Shown: in pieces, positions 38,901-54,400 of the stretch
Numbering within the stretch: the first letter of the stretch is position 1
Layout: the number at the start of each line of letters is the position of its first letter
Origin: Saccostrea echinata
Taxonomy: Eukaryota
DNA: 64,000 nt
NCBI RefSeq assembly: GCF_033153115.1
Contig: NW_026889805.1
Location: 19,096,001-19,160,000, forward strand
Direction: 5' to 3'
The notes under the pieces: generated by a model
Told to the model about the DNA's origin: nothing
The model's input: only the letters and a program-made list of their open reading frames with translations
The model's database searches: none
Translations under genes and position numbers: made by a program

Positions 38901-39838
38901 AGTAGGTGCTGGCACGAAAAAGATCCCTCACTGCTCAATGGCCCTGAGTGCCGAGTATAGGTCAAATTTGCAGCTCTCCACCGGCAAGTGGTGGCGTCTC
39001 CATATGAGTGAAAAAATTCTCGAGAGGGACGTTAAACAATAAACAAACAAACAATATATATATATAGTTTTTTAATTAAAAAAAATTGCTAACAACACTA
39101 AGAAAAACATGTATACTGTAATAAAACTTGGTTTGAAGGCTTCATCGATTATAGACAATGTTTTCGATAGGTTAGGGGTAGTATAATAAAATGAAATCTG
39201 CCGATATTGCATCTTTTCTGGTATATATAATGGTGTGTTTGTGTGTCAAGATTGTATCACTCTTTTGAGCAGTAAGGGATTTTTTTTTTCGTGCCAGCAC
39301 CTACTGCGACACGGGACCTCGGTTTATACGGTCTCACTTGTCACTCTTTTGGACAAACAATGCAATTATAAGAAATGTTTTATATTTCAAGATCTAAATA
39401 TGTGTTGGCTTTAGTCCTCTGTATTAGATTTTTCATTCTTTTGTCCGATCTTAGTATACAGATGCCATGTAATTTTTATGAGGTTATGGACTTCACCTCT
39501 ACATTTTCTCTTAAGTTAAAATGTCTTTAAATTGAATAATTTTTTGATGCTGCATATCATATTCGCTTACAAACATCATAAAATTTGTTTTTCTTTTGGT
39601 GACAGCACGTATGGACTTACATTCAAAGTTTTTTGTTGTTGTAGCTATAAGATTATAGATTTCAAGGACCATGCACACGAGGACATACATACTGTGGGTT
39701 GATAAAACACGTCAAGTATGCTTATTCAAGTAGTCTGTGATTGAGTCTTAGTAGTTTATCGTCAAAGGAATAAGGAAGCAATTTCAGAACAGGAAAGCTT
39801 TGAACCATGAGGACAATCTAGTGGAGTCATTATTAAAT

Positions 39839-39874
<36 letters not shown>

Positions 39875-42800
39875 CAAGAAAAATACATACCCTTTTCCAT
39901 TCCATATCACATCCTGTATCAGCCTGAGACATCAATATCAGCCAGAGGGCCGAGGGTTGATTGTGGCCGATGGCTGATACAGGATGTGATGTGAAAAAGG
40001 GTATGTTTTATTAGGTTTATTACAACTTAGTAATTAAATATAGCACACATCAACTTGAAAAAAAAAATACATATAAATATTCATGCACTGACTACTGACA
40101 TGTAGCTTATTATATCAAAGAACAGTAATTTAAAATTAAAAGAATGTAAGCAAAACAAAAAAGAAAAAAGATAAGTGTATTATTACAAGTACTGTTTTTT
40201 AAGGTTTAATCTACTAGGGGTGTGATATAAATCCGTTTCAGCCCTGCAGGATCCGTATCAGCCCTAAAAGCTGATGCAGCTATTGTGACGTCAGACATAT
40301 AACATATGCAAAAAATCTGTATTTATTACTAAGTATGTAATACTTATAATGCACATAGTGACATATAGTGCCACATACATATTAATTTCACAACATTCTG
40401 AAGGATTACTTTTAAATGACATTTACCAAGTCTTTGAAATATCTTTTTACTGGGGAATAATATTACACGATATTTCTATCAAAGAGCAAATAAAGTTGAC
40501 GGTTATAAATCTGGAAGCATGAACATTGTGTTCACGATACTGCTAATAATTGACATATCAACCTATAGACAATATGCAATAGTATTCAGCTGCAATTTAT
40601 GTTCTAATCAATCTTCATATAACAAAACCTATCCCTCCCCCGCACCGTGATGGAATAAAGTCTCATCAAATAAAATGTATCTTCAAAACAGCACGTATTC
40701 ATTGAGTTGAAAAGGCATGTCTATGTGTTGTTAAAAAGACTTAGTACTCTGTAATTAGTCTGTTGTGCGTTTTTTTTTCTTTTGGTCATGCACAACAAAA
40801 CTGGAAATAAGTCACTAGTTCTTAAAAAAAGCTTTATAAAGATTGTTGGAATAAAGTGCCACCAGTCACTACCAATAGAATACTTTCACGATGGATACCT
40901 TGTCTTTATTTACAAATCCTTATTAAAAAAAAATGGTTGAAAATGGTTTATACATTGCAAACGTTATCAAAAAATTCAGCTTTTAAGATTTGTATGGTTT
41001 TGGCTATAACAAAAGCAAGGGATATAAAAAGTTTGCTATTTTAAATATAAAAGAAATATACGAAAAAAAAATCAACATAGATAGTTTTACGAAGCCAACT
41101 CCTACTGTTAGTTATACACAATTCTTTTTTTTTTTTTTTTTAATTGGGACGCATTTGGTTGACTAAAAAGTTCAATTAATCATATGCTATAATTATAATA
41201 TGTTTTCGGAGGTAATAATAATTTATGATGCACGTACTTAGAATTTTTAGCTGTTAATTGTACAAAAAATACTGTAATAATGACAAACCGCCGACAGAAA
41301 TAACAAAACTCAAGAGAAAAAAATCTCACTTAAAACATAAATAACATGACACAAATATATATATCAAAAACAAAACTTCAACATTAATATCATCGTTATT
41401 AAACGCTATATTACATTTTGCACAGTTTGGAACAATCTTATATGGTTATTTGTGGCCCTAAAAACGTTATTTATTAATGGCATGATTTGCAGATACATGT
41501 TTAATCTCTAATTCATTCATCAAATTTGATTCACACTCCACTGTGTGATTGATTTTTATCCCTTCAAACTGTCTATGGCATTTTTTAAAAAAAAGTTTTT
41601 CATATACTTAGTCATCTCCTACAAAAACGACCGGTACACTATATATCTCAAAAGTCGATTATTCTTCATTCACCAGCCTTTAATTCATCTTTTTATTGAA
41701 ACAAAATATTAACGTCTGACGTGCAAAGTTCGATTGGAATACTCGGCAAATTGATACACGGAAGTCAATAGAATGATAGATTTGCATGGAAGGCAATGGG
41801 TGTGACGTAACTATGTCTTGACGACAAAGGGCAAAATTTACTAAGATTAAGCTGATTTACTAAGGCAAAGGGCATTAAAATAGCAAAGTTTATCATGGAA
41901 TGCAGTCCAATTTGTTCAGAAATTATTATCATTTACTTGCCTGTCTCTCTTGGTGACATTGTTTGAAATAGATGTAAACTTTATTGTAAAATTCCCTGCA
42001 TTAAAAACATCAAAGATACATTGATTCCAGTCTCCATAAACATATTGTAGAATGAAAGGTGTGGTGTTTGTGACGATCAAAAAATGTTCTTTTATGCCTT
42101 GCATTGCGATGGTGAACGCTACCATCTTTGGGGTTAGTGCGTGTAAGTGTTTGAAGTTACTTGGTACAGAAAGAAGGCTCGCATGGTCTAGGCTTCTAAA
42201 AACATTAATTTGTTTGAAGTGATTTGACATGTACGTATACGCTCCTTTGTCTTTATGCCATTTGATGCTTTACTTTTGCTTTGTGAAAAAAAAGCAATTG
42301 GAAGAGCATTTGAGTGAACAGTTGTTACACAAGTGCTGAACGAAGAATTAAAAAAAATTGCTGAACAACTTATTAGTTTTTACCCAATTAAATGGAACTG
42401 TTTTCATTTTTGAAAAACGTTTTTAGAACCTAATGAAAGTCGTTGGTTCACTAATTTCAAAGATATTAAGACTACTTTGTTGCATTCAGAATTATAAATT
42501 ATTTCTGTGAGTGTTGAAGTACAGCAGTAATTTTCACAATGGCATATGATGTCTTCTGTAAATATTTTATATCAAAAATAAGTATCTTTAAATTGTTATC
42601 CCAAAAATCATGATTTGATTATTTTTAGCGGAGTTGTGATGATTGACATTGACTTAAACCAATCAGATGTGAACCAGTGTGCACGTGACCAACAACTATT
42701 TTCTGGATCAAACAAATGTTTACCAGAAACGACACAAGTAAGTAGTCGAATTATTTTTCCAGACGGTTTGGTGAAGCATCATATTATATACGTAGTCAAA

Positions 42801-45452
42801 AGTTAAATTAATACAAAGCATCACATCAGCCGCAAAAATATATTTAGAATTTTGAAGTATTTCCAGAAGAAAGAGTCTAAAGAGAAAAATTCAAAGTAGA
42901 AAAAGTATATGACACATTTTTAATGCAAAACTGTACTCTGGGATTTTCTTCCTATGCATTTTTAATACTTTAATTTTCAATGATCAATTGTTAAATATTA
43001 ATCAAAATAAGTGAATGGATATGATAATCGGAGATAAAGGATAAGAATATATCATCATCAAATTATTTGATTCAAAGACAAATGCAACAAATATCTAAAA
43101 TTATAAATGTCTGAATGCTGACAAAAAAGGACGAGCAAACCTTATGTGCTGATACCCTGGGATCTTTGTTACGTGGTAATGCAGGTCAGTGTTGTGATAG
43201 ATATATGTATGTGTCACAATACACGTGAAGTGCAGGAAAAATGTGTCATTTTCAACTGTAGTGTATTGAAAACAAAATTCACTTCTCAAACTTTTCAGTA
43301 TTAATTATTTCAGGCACTGTAATTAATTGCCGGAACGTCAATGTGTTTTATATCTTAAATACGCCCCTGCTAGGGAGCAGTTCATGTTACAACTTTATAA
43401 AATCATAAATTAACAAATATCTGATGAGAAATGAAAACAAATTGAAACGTATTAACAACCATGTAGACTTAGTATTAAGCAAATTTAAACAAAAAATATT
43501 CATAACTTTAATGTATGTTATTCAATAAGGAATTATTACATCGAAGCAATGAAAAATTAATGTCTCATTTCACCATGTGTACATTCTGTAGATCGGTCGT
43601 TCTCGCGGCCTAAAATGAGCAAAAACATTGAAAGAATGCTATAATAACAGTAAAAACACTTATAGTTTAGTTACTTTATTTTATTATGACACCCAGTTGC
43701 TTCTTAACTAATTGAGTAATAATACACAAGTAAATATCTCTTTTGTTTTTAAATTCTAGTGTGTTCACATACCTGATAGGGGATTAATAGCAGGGAGTTA
43801 TAAATGTGTGTGTCGAAAGGGATTTTACTTCCCGGATAAAAATAGCACCAAGAAGTCTTTCCCAGGATCCGAGCTAGAACAAGCTTTTTTAAATTCCTGG
43901 TACAATAAGACAAATTTGTCCAGCTTGGAGTATCAGTGTCTTCCTTGTCCACCGGGCTGTGAGAACTGTGTTGATGACACACCATGTATGGCGGAATATA
44001 ACGTGTTATTACGCGGAATACCACTTGGAATTCAGAGTTTCTGCATTACAGTAACAATCGTGATAGGTGTTGTTGTGTTACGACTGCGAAAATCAAAGGT
44101 AATATATAAGTTTATTTAGAAAAAAAAGAAACACTAGATTGCTGGGTTTGTGCAGCCCTCAAATTGTTCTTTGTATGTATTGCATTGTTTAAGTATCTGT
44201 TTAATCGAACCAATAATTAATCCAGCATCAGTTAAGTTTAAAACAGAGAGTATTACAATATACATGATTGTAAAATGTTTTATTTGTTAAAGATCAATTT
44301 CATGAACAACAAGATGTGTTTGTGAAACACTAATGCCCCCGTGTGGCAACTTAAGGCGAAGAGTAAAGTTTCTCAATGCAAGTCAAACTCCGTGGTCAAT
44401 GTCAAGAGATCAAAAATATTGTTATCCAAAGAAAGGACTTGTATCAATGGATATACCTGGTAAATATGAAAGTCCAAGCACCAACCATTCAAAAGTTATG
44501 GCCTATGTTCATGTTTTCTTAAAGTGGAACAGACTCCACGGTCAAGATCAAAGGGTCAAAATTAATGGTATGCAGGGGGAGACCTTGTCTTAAGATATAC
44601 ACATGCAAAATATAAAACCCTAGCACCGACTGTTCAAAAGTTATGTTCAAGGTTTAAGTTTTTCAAAAGTAGGTCAAACGCCAAGGTCAAAATTGTTGGT
44701 ATCCCAAAAAAGGTCTTGTCAGAAGGAATATACCTGTGAAATTTGAAAGCCCTAGTACTAACTGTTCAAAAGTTGTGACCAAGGTTAAAGTTTTTTTAAA
44801 TGTGGGTCAAACTGTAAGGTCAAGATAAAAAATATTTACATCCATGGAAAAGTCTTGTCAAGATGAATACACATGTGAAATGTGAGAGCCCTAGCACCAA
44901 CTGTTCAAAGTTATGACCAAGGTTAAATTTGGGTACATTTTTGCAAAGTGGGTCAAACTCCAAGGTCAAGAGGTCAAATATGTTGGTACTCAAAGGAAGG
45001 TCTTGTCACAAGGAATGCACATGTGAAATATGAAAGTCATAGCTCCAACCAGTTAATAGTTATGGGCAAGTTAAAGTTTTTGCGGACAAACATACAGACG
45101 GACGGACAAGGCAAAAAACTAATACCTCCGAATCTTCGATTACGGGGGTATAAACATTTTGCTCATTTATGCTGGATATTACTATTCAGTTTTTAACTTT
45201 TGTTTTAAATATGCTACGCGATGGGTGCATATTTAAGAATATAAGATCTCCCATAGTTTGTGATTAGATATTTCTATCCAACGAGTTACAGTCCAGTTGC
45301 AAAATATGGGATATATACTTTCTATCACATAAATGGTTTTACCTCCTACACGTATTCCCATCCCATACCGCATAACAAAATCAACAATGTTAAGTCGCCA
45401 ATAAAAATAATGTATAATGAAATACTAGTAGTGTTTTTTTGTTTTTGTTTTG

Positions 45453-45483
<31 letters not shown>

Positions 45484-48400
45484 TTTGTTTAAGTAGAATC
45501 TGTTATTTTAAAAAGTTTGTTAATTACTTGTTTTGAAATTCTACCTCGACTTTCCAAGTTTATTTTTGTTCATTCAGTTACACTCAAATGGCATTATTTT
45601 TGCCATTCCGTAAGTAATTATGTGTAATTATAAAAGAAGTAATTCATGTATTATCGAAACATAAATTTCCACATAGAAATATGGTTAAATCAAAATGATT
45701 CTATTTAATATAAAAAACAACATATTTGTCATATTTACTTATAAACAATATGAGCTGTATTTTAAGAATTGCGATTGGTCTAGAGTCGCGGAGTAAGGAG
45801 TTGATCTTTACGTCGCGGGTTCGAATCCCACTGCGGGACATGGAATCTGGTCCTTCTAATGAGACCGTATAAACCGAGGTCCCATGTCGCAGTAGGTCCT
45901 GGCACGAAAAAAATCCCTTACTGCTCAAGGGCCCTTAGTGCCGAGTACGGGTCTAAATTTGCAGCCCTCCACCGGCAATATGAGTGAAAAATCCTCAAAG
46001 GGACGTTAAACAACAAACAGTGTAAATATTTGCTATTAGTTTACATGTACTTATTTGATAAATGATATTTCTGCATGTAACTTTGCATTAAACTATATAA
46101 GAACAAACCATTTCTGTAATATGGAAAATATAGAATTCCTAGAATTGTACAACAATTTTTGTACGGCGGTAATGCAATTTTGCTTCAATCTGAGCTTCTA
46201 AATGGTTGTTATAACTACGAAAATAGGAATAACAGAAGTTTCTAAACCTTCATTTTTTTATGTCATTGAAATACTAAATTACAATTTTACAACACAAAAT
46301 TTCCGACACGAAAATTGCACCTCATATTGCTTTAAATATAAATTGGATGTTATGGCGCTACCTTGTTTCTAAAAATTCCAAGAAAATTTAATTATAACGA
46401 AATTTTTTACAAACGTCAATCTTTAAAGCTACTCTCTACGCAAATACCGAAGACGGATTTTCGAGAAAATGCCATCCCACCAACAAAAAGGTTACGTGTA
46501 TGTGACATATGAATTAAAATATAATACACGTAATATGATTGGAAAATAAGAATTGACTTGCGATCGGCAACTCTCGCGATGCATCCACATACGAATAGGG
46601 TGTTCAGATATATAATTCTAGCATCGGACTTAAGATAATTCAAGTTAAATATGTATAGAAAAAATAACTATCCCATTTCTTTTCAGGTGATGGTAGCGAG
46701 CATGTGGATTCTTCTGGAAATGGTCCTTGTCGGTGCTGTGTTGTTATATTCCACGGTAAGCTTTAAGCTACGAGACAAACTCGGTCCTGTTTGTTTTTAT
46801 TGATCTCTTATTTATATGACACCTTCGCATTTCAATTTTGTGATGTTCGGTTTGGAAAAGGTTGTTGAAACCTATACAGATATACCTGCAGAAGTTACAA
46901 GAATTTCAGACTAGATATTACAAAATGGAGGCTGTTGTTTGTTCCTGTATTTAATAGTTCTTTGAATACATGTAGATAATTCAAAAGCTGCGAAGGCTCG
47001 GTGTATCTCCTATTTATGTAAATACCTGCTGGGAGAACGATTTTTTCCGAATCTTTTCGAAAATACCTACTTGCTTTCAGCAGCAGTAATGAATGGTTTT
47101 AACTAAGTTAACTCGTCGAATATCGATGGACAACAGATCAAAATGTTAACTTTGCAATTTGTGTGGCAGAGTTGTCAATGAAAACCTTACCGCCCAGTAA
47201 CATTTTTCACCAGGTAAACCTAACGTCTTGGTTCACATACTGATTTCTAATACATGTGCTTACTATAGTTGCTAAGCATTCTTCTCCACTTCTGTTGCTG
47301 GCAGCTCTGTCCCAGGTTCTTCCAGCTGTTCCTATCCAGCCGTCTTTTGTCCTTCTCTCTCTTTCTTTCTCTCTCCAGATGGTTCTTGTCTTCCTTGTTA
47401 TTCCAGGGGCCCATTTTGGAGCAAATCCATGTTGTGGAATCTCGAAGGATTATGATGTGGCCCATCTGCATATTCCTATGACCAATTGTGCATGGTCATG
47501 CTTTCTTGAGAAGGACATGCCAGAGATGAGTTCCCGTTAAGAAAGTGTTCTATACAAATATTTTCAAATTTCATGTGCAAAATATGTACATGTCATGTAC
47601 AAATTTTGCCTCAGAAATATGTTTTTTTTTTTTCGAGAAGGACACAGGGACACATTGTGCCAAGTTTGATTTAAAATTGGCCACGTGGTAGTAAAGCTTA
47701 AAGATGGACGCTTTACACCTTTAGATCAGAAAAGTTCACTTAAATGTTTGGCTGAGATGAGCTAATACTTGTAACTAAAAAAAAGTTGATCGATTGATTG
47801 TCATTGTTTAACGCGGAGTCGGCAATATGTCAGCCATATTTCGGCGGTTGAAGTTTACGTTCCGGGTTGAAAGTTTTTGGGGTTTCTCTGGCGGCCCCCA
47901 ATGAGCCTACTCTTTCTCGAAAAAAAGAGGAAAGACGAATCTTAAGTACAACTTATATATTTTATTTTAGCAATTGGCATGATATTAACTTAGATGGCTT
48001 TAAAATACATGTACAGCTAAATTTCAAACAATAAAACAATTCTAAGGTACTCATAATACCTACCAGCATCTTCCACAGCATTGACATTATCTACAGTACA
48101 ACCTCATATTGTAGTAGAAAGTTGTAAACGTGATAAATGGCTTAATCTATACTCTTAAGATGTAAACGAAAAATTATACTCACCCCTTCTGCTATTTTTT
48201 TTAAATTGGTAACCGATTAAAAGGTCGAGGCAAAAACGTCTCAAACTCCCGTCTTGTTAAGTTGTCCATATACGAGTAAAGTTAAACTTAATCTTGGTTC
48301 TCCGCGAAAAATATTTCCTCGGGTATTGCAAGTGATACGGATGGCTTAATTATGCTTCGATTAGCTTCCATATGTAAAAAACGATAAAATTATCAAAAGT

Positions 48401-51400
48401 CAATAATTATAACATACACTGTACATTTGCTGTTGAAGCAATTTGAGAGTGTCTTATTTCATTCTTATCAAACATTTGGTTTCTATCCACCACAGATGTA
48501 TCACAAGATTTTTCGTAAGAAGCAAAAATTTCAGTAATATACAGTGTTTGTTTCTTTGGTCGTTCATCCAACTACCTGTCAAACAGAGCATCAGATTGTA
48601 GGAGTATTACACCAGGTAATCAGATACATGCGAGATCCAGTTAAATAAAAATGTATTTAAACAAATGCCCTGGTGTGTAGTAAACTAAAATGTTCACTTA
48701 AAGCGCATAAAAAATACACATTGAGACATTAGGACATAATTAAGAGGAGGAAAAATGAGTGAAATTCCTCTGATATGGTATTTTACAACACGCGTGACCT
48801 TTTCAAAACACAAAAACTATGTATGTATGTTACGTTCATGTATGTATTTTTTTAAGTTATTGGTAAATGGCAAGAAGTTCTTCAGACATTGAAGTCGTAT
48901 TTTGATAGTGCTTAATTTGATACATAATTAACAATGTAATTTCTTAAGAAATGAATCTATTAAAGGTATTTTGAATAAAGAGTGGGAATTTACTTAATAT
49001 TTTTCCCAACAACTTTACCTTACAAAATTATTTCATCATATGCCATTAATTTTATTAAAACCATTACTGTAAGTAGTCGATTATTAGTATTAATAAGTGA
49101 TTAATTAATGAGGCATCTGACACGTATTAGACGCCCATCCACTGGAACGTGCAGTCTGAACCTGCTTCATTTCGACACGTTATACGGAATGATGCAGCGA
49201 AATCTGATGTTTTCTTCTAATGAAAAATTTATTATAATCTTCTTGTTGGGTATTGTTTTACTAAACAAACGCTTGACATTTTGATGACATTTTAACATAC
49301 TCTGTAACTTTGAAATCTCTAAACATTTCAACTATCCACAAACATATCGACATACAGAAAATTCTTATAGAGAATCTCTATTGCGTACGGTTTTTGTTTG
49401 GGGGGGGGGGGGGATTCACGTGGTACTATATTTTATTTTTTTGTGCTATTGGTAGACTAGTGGGTCTTTGTTTGATTTTTTTTTTACTTTTAAAGACAAC
49501 GACCTCTGTTTATTTCTACTGGTGTTCCTGTTTATGCTAATTTTCATTCAGATTTTTGCACCAAAGCTGCCCATTTTGCTGCAAAACATTATTTATCACT
49601 TATTCTCTTGAGGTCTTATTTCTACAGGAAACGAGTTTCATATTGGTATACATCATAACACTCTGTGTAGCAGAGCAAATAAATAGATATCTTTCTACAA
49701 ACAAATGAATTTTGTCAAGTACTTTACCAACATATATCTCTCTGACACTTGAATTCTCATTTCTCTCCGCTTCAAAAACTCGATATAGTTATCTGGAAGT
49801 GTATGCATGGGCTGGGAAAATGGTGCTTCAACATTTGGTGTATACACTCGTTTTAATTTCCTCTGCATAAAGAACTTTGTTAAATTAGTAAAGTTTTAGT
49901 TAAAACTGAATTGAATGTTTTGATTTCAAACCTGATTTAAATACCCCTTTATTTGCAACGCAGTTTACAGAGTTGATTGTGACATTGGCAATTGACAGGT
50001 GTTTGATGACGATTTTGTTGCTAGATAAATATTGTTTGTGCCTTTTCTTCTATGTCTTTATAGACTTTATTACAATGAATACGCTGACCGATTAAGTGAA
50101 TCTGCCTTGACAGTTCATGCTAAGTTGTAGGAATTACATTTTTTAACAAACTACTCAGATCAATAAACAAGCCTTAATTATCGAATCCATGCACTTGTTT
50201 ACAAACAGCATACCCCCACACATTTTGACAGGTTTTATCCAAATAGTGACAAAGCCATGGTTCCTCACACCTACGTATTGTTATTTATATAGTGTAAAAC
50301 AACTATAGACTCTGTGTACTTAAGAATTTCATTTGACTCTAGGATGCTTCAACATTTAAAGACGCTATTTGCATTCAATAAAGATAGTCTTCCATTTTTT
50401 TCACCAAATTCTGAGCTACGTTCAAAGCAAGTAAAAATTGATGGTCCTGAAAACTTAATTTGAAAAAAAATGAGTGAAAATAGATTAAAATTGTTCACGA
50501 TATACGAAGAGAACAGCTTACACAGTGAATTAAATTGCAGTAGACAAAGAAAATTAAAAATGGTTAAGCTTTATATTGGTGAAAAAATTCAGACATAAAA
50601 ATACAAATACTGTCAAAATGGACAGACTGACAAGAGGAAGCAGTATCCACCTTCTGACCTCTTTTGGCCGTTACTGCTCAGTGCATGGATTCACCAACGA
50701 ACAATACTGTGCAAGTACAAAAATACTCACTTCAATTAAGCCAATGTCATCATCGTTGTTGTTAAATTCCACATATATTTGTCTTAATACTGCTCGTTTC
50801 ACGATATTTCACTGATTAGACTTAGATGCAGTTATTAGTTAATTTTCAAAATTAAATCATATTGATTGACATGTTTAGCCTTCTAGCTTCTATTCAAGTT
50901 TCAGGATATCAAGCAAAAGACAATTATACTGCATACAATTTAAACACTGAAAGTACATGTACCTCTAAACACATTTATCACTGAACTAATTCTGTACAAA
51001 GTGCCAAGTACAGAAAATGTTTCAGAAAGAGCTCTGTTTAACGACCAATAATAACATGCTTTAAAAACTTCACGGGTGAATATTGTACTCTTCGGGTATC
51101 TAAATCCTCAGATTAATGTCAAAAATAGCAACAATTACACAGACATTTGTTTTCTATGGAGGCCAACCTCCCTTTTTCTTTCACAAGGTTCGTAACTCAA
51201 TTTCAGACACCCCCACTTCAAACTCGTATTTTATTATCCATATATCATTCACCTACATTATCTTGATATATTTATCTTCGAGATACTTTTTTCTTGTCTA
51301 AAAAATCGGTCCAGACGTCCTTCATCACACCTCTATATTGTAAACCATTCATTTATTCCTCGACAATTAACGTATTTTAAGACTTTACACAAGATACATC

Positions 51401-54400
51401 AACTTCCGATTAGGCTTATTAGTGTATGATAAAACCAGAAACTACAGAATGAACAGCCCAGAAGTGTCTGTTTTATTGTACACAATAACCTTAACCGGAA
51501 GTTGGTGTATCTCCTGTAAAGTCTTAAAATGTGTAGACAATTTTCGAAGAGTAAATAAGTAGTTTACAATAAAGAGGTTCGACGAAGGAGGTCTAGAAGG
51601 ATTTAATAAAAAAGAAAAAGGTTTCTCGAAGCGAACTGTGTCTTGTTAAAGTAGTTTAATGATTGATAAATAAATAACCACTTTACTCATCGATTGGATG
51701 TATGGTTTCAAAGAAATGAATACTACTTTGCATATGAAAATACCACTGATTGTACTGACCAATCGCACCTTTCTGAAAGGTATAGATTATTTCTAAGAAA
51801 ATCAGAGGATTAATTTAATAAGAGTTTGAATTTGGGGGTGGGGGGATTAAGTTTCGTACCTTGTAGAAAGAATGAGGGGATGTCCTGTAAAGAAACAAGT
51901 GCCTGTGAATAATCGTATAATTTAATAGTGATTTTTTTCATATTTGCATTGTATAGGACTTTCAAGAACCTGTGCACTCGGTTCACTTCAGCATTCACGA
52001 AACGGCACTCATCAAAACAGAAAATTTGCACAGATTGCATGCAGTTAGCAAACTGTGCATGAATTCTATTATACAGGATTGTGTTTCAGGTTTTGTTTCC
52101 GACTGTTGGAAAAGAATGATTATTTTTTCCAAGTTATAGACTAGTCTAATGTACAAAATAGGATAACGATGTCTAAAATAAATATTTTCTAAAAAATATA
52201 CATACACGTGTAGCCAAGGTAGGAAATGCCCTGTAAATGATTTTGTCGGTTCAGTTGAGGACATGGTTCAGTAAATAAAACATTTTGTCTCACTACATAA
52301 TAACGAGGAGATATTCGGTGACGCCACATTTCATGTTATGTAATCCAAAGTAATGCCGATATGGCTACGTACGATGTTTAACGTACTTTCTTGACTTGAA
52401 GGGATATATGTTCGAGTAGTTTGCACCTAACAAAATGCTGATGTTAATTCAATGATAACTTTGAATTAATTCCAGCTAGAGTTTTGAAAGTGAAAACATA
52501 CAAATTTTCAACATTTCATTTTCCAACCGACCGTGGGGCAAAATGAAACACTCATCCGTTGATCATCTCATTTTTTTTTTTTAATTTTAATGATTTTTTG
52601 ATAAACTAATGTTGTTTTATTTAACGCTCTTCGAATCCTCCAGTGCACACAATATTAGGTCAGTGCTTCGAATGTGCTCATCTAGATCTTCTGTTAGTGC
52701 CAAAAATGAAGTAGCAAAAATCTCGACTATGTCTGTTGTTCATGAAACAAAATTAATAAACAGCTTTATACTAATTTTATATGATGTATGAACACGTTTT
52801 AATGGTTTGAAAAGTTAAGTTTTTACAAAAAATTATGCAAATTCATTTTTTATTATCATTGGTCGAAAAGGTAAAATAGTTGACTTCTGTTGAATTCCGG
52901 TTCATTTTGGCATCCCTAGAGACACCTAGGCTGATAGTTCTGCAAAATGGTACTTCAGTGTCGGATTGCATGTTTTAAAATCCATACACTGATTTAAGAT
53001 ATTTTGTAAAAAATTATGTAAATTCTCTCTGACAATTTTTCTTTGAGCAATTTAGTTGGTAAAAACGTAGATCAAACATACATTTTAACTGTTTACATAT
53101 TTTTAAATTTAAAGTCTATCAGATGGGTCGTTAATTGGTCCCCATGTCAAGGATTACATCCCCCTTGGCATTAAAAGATCGTTTCTCTGGTTTTGGGAGA
53201 AAAAAAGTAAGCTCATTTGAAGCCGCCAGAGAAACTAAAAAGTTTCAAAAACCGGTTATATAAACTTTAACCGCTAAAAATAGTTAGTTGCGTGGACCCT
53301 TAGGTCCACTCAGAAAATGTATCAGAGAGTTAAAACCGATGCTGTGGGCTTACTTCAGGATACGCATGCGCGATAATGCTAGACGGTTCGCCTCTAGGAC
53401 AACTTGCCCGTTGGACAATTCGCCCTATTTGAATTTGAACTTGCCAATTATTGGCAAACCTCCCTTAAAATCCGTACATCGTATTCACTAGCGTATCCAA
53501 GATCTGAATCTATTCTTTTATACATATAGTCTTATATGTAAACAAAACATATTTTACTGTAGTTATGTATATAAAAAAATTAATAAGATTGGAGTTTCTA
53601 TGGTACAAACATTTTAAAAAAGGAGGAAGAATTTAGATAGCTTTCGACTTGAATCAAAAACTAAATTCAACGCCTAAGCTTTAAAAGATAGAACAGTCTT
53701 CACTGGCAACAGTTTTGTCCATCCAGGTTCGTAGGGCGCAATTTCAGTTTGGGGTGGGTAAGAACCTGCAAATTCTTATAAGGAAAAAAGTTTGTCTGAC
53801 GTTTCTTGAGGGGGTACGACGTAAATAAGCTTTGATTTCTAATGTATAGTTTATACTGGCATAAACAATGTTGAGGGACAAACCTGTAAATTACCCTCGT
53901 TTTCCATAGTAAAGTATATACTGCCAAAAATTATTGGGAAGGTGGGGGTAAACCCCCCCCCCCCCCGTCCTTCAGGTCTGGAATCATACAATGTATGTTA
54001 TCTTCAACAAATGTCACTTTCAAGGAGAACAACACTGCTAAAAACTGGACAATATTTTAAAATCTGAGCTCGAGCAAAACAGTTGGGTTATATGTGATGA
54101 ATGGAACACCTCATTTAAAGATCAAGGCTACATACAGTAAACAATAGATACCTTGATCAAGTATTGATATCCAGGATGTGCATTCTTCTATCATTCATTA
54201 TTACAGTTTTACTAATTAGACTTAAACGTTAAATTATAATGAAAAATTTACATGTTTCAAGATAACAGAAATCTTTCTTATAACAGATTTTTCATTACAA
54301 CCGAGAATTTCTTTTAGATTACTGTTAGAAACACAAGCTTATGGCCCACGTATTGTAGTTCTTTTTGAAGGACAGCAACTTATTAGTAAACAATATAATA

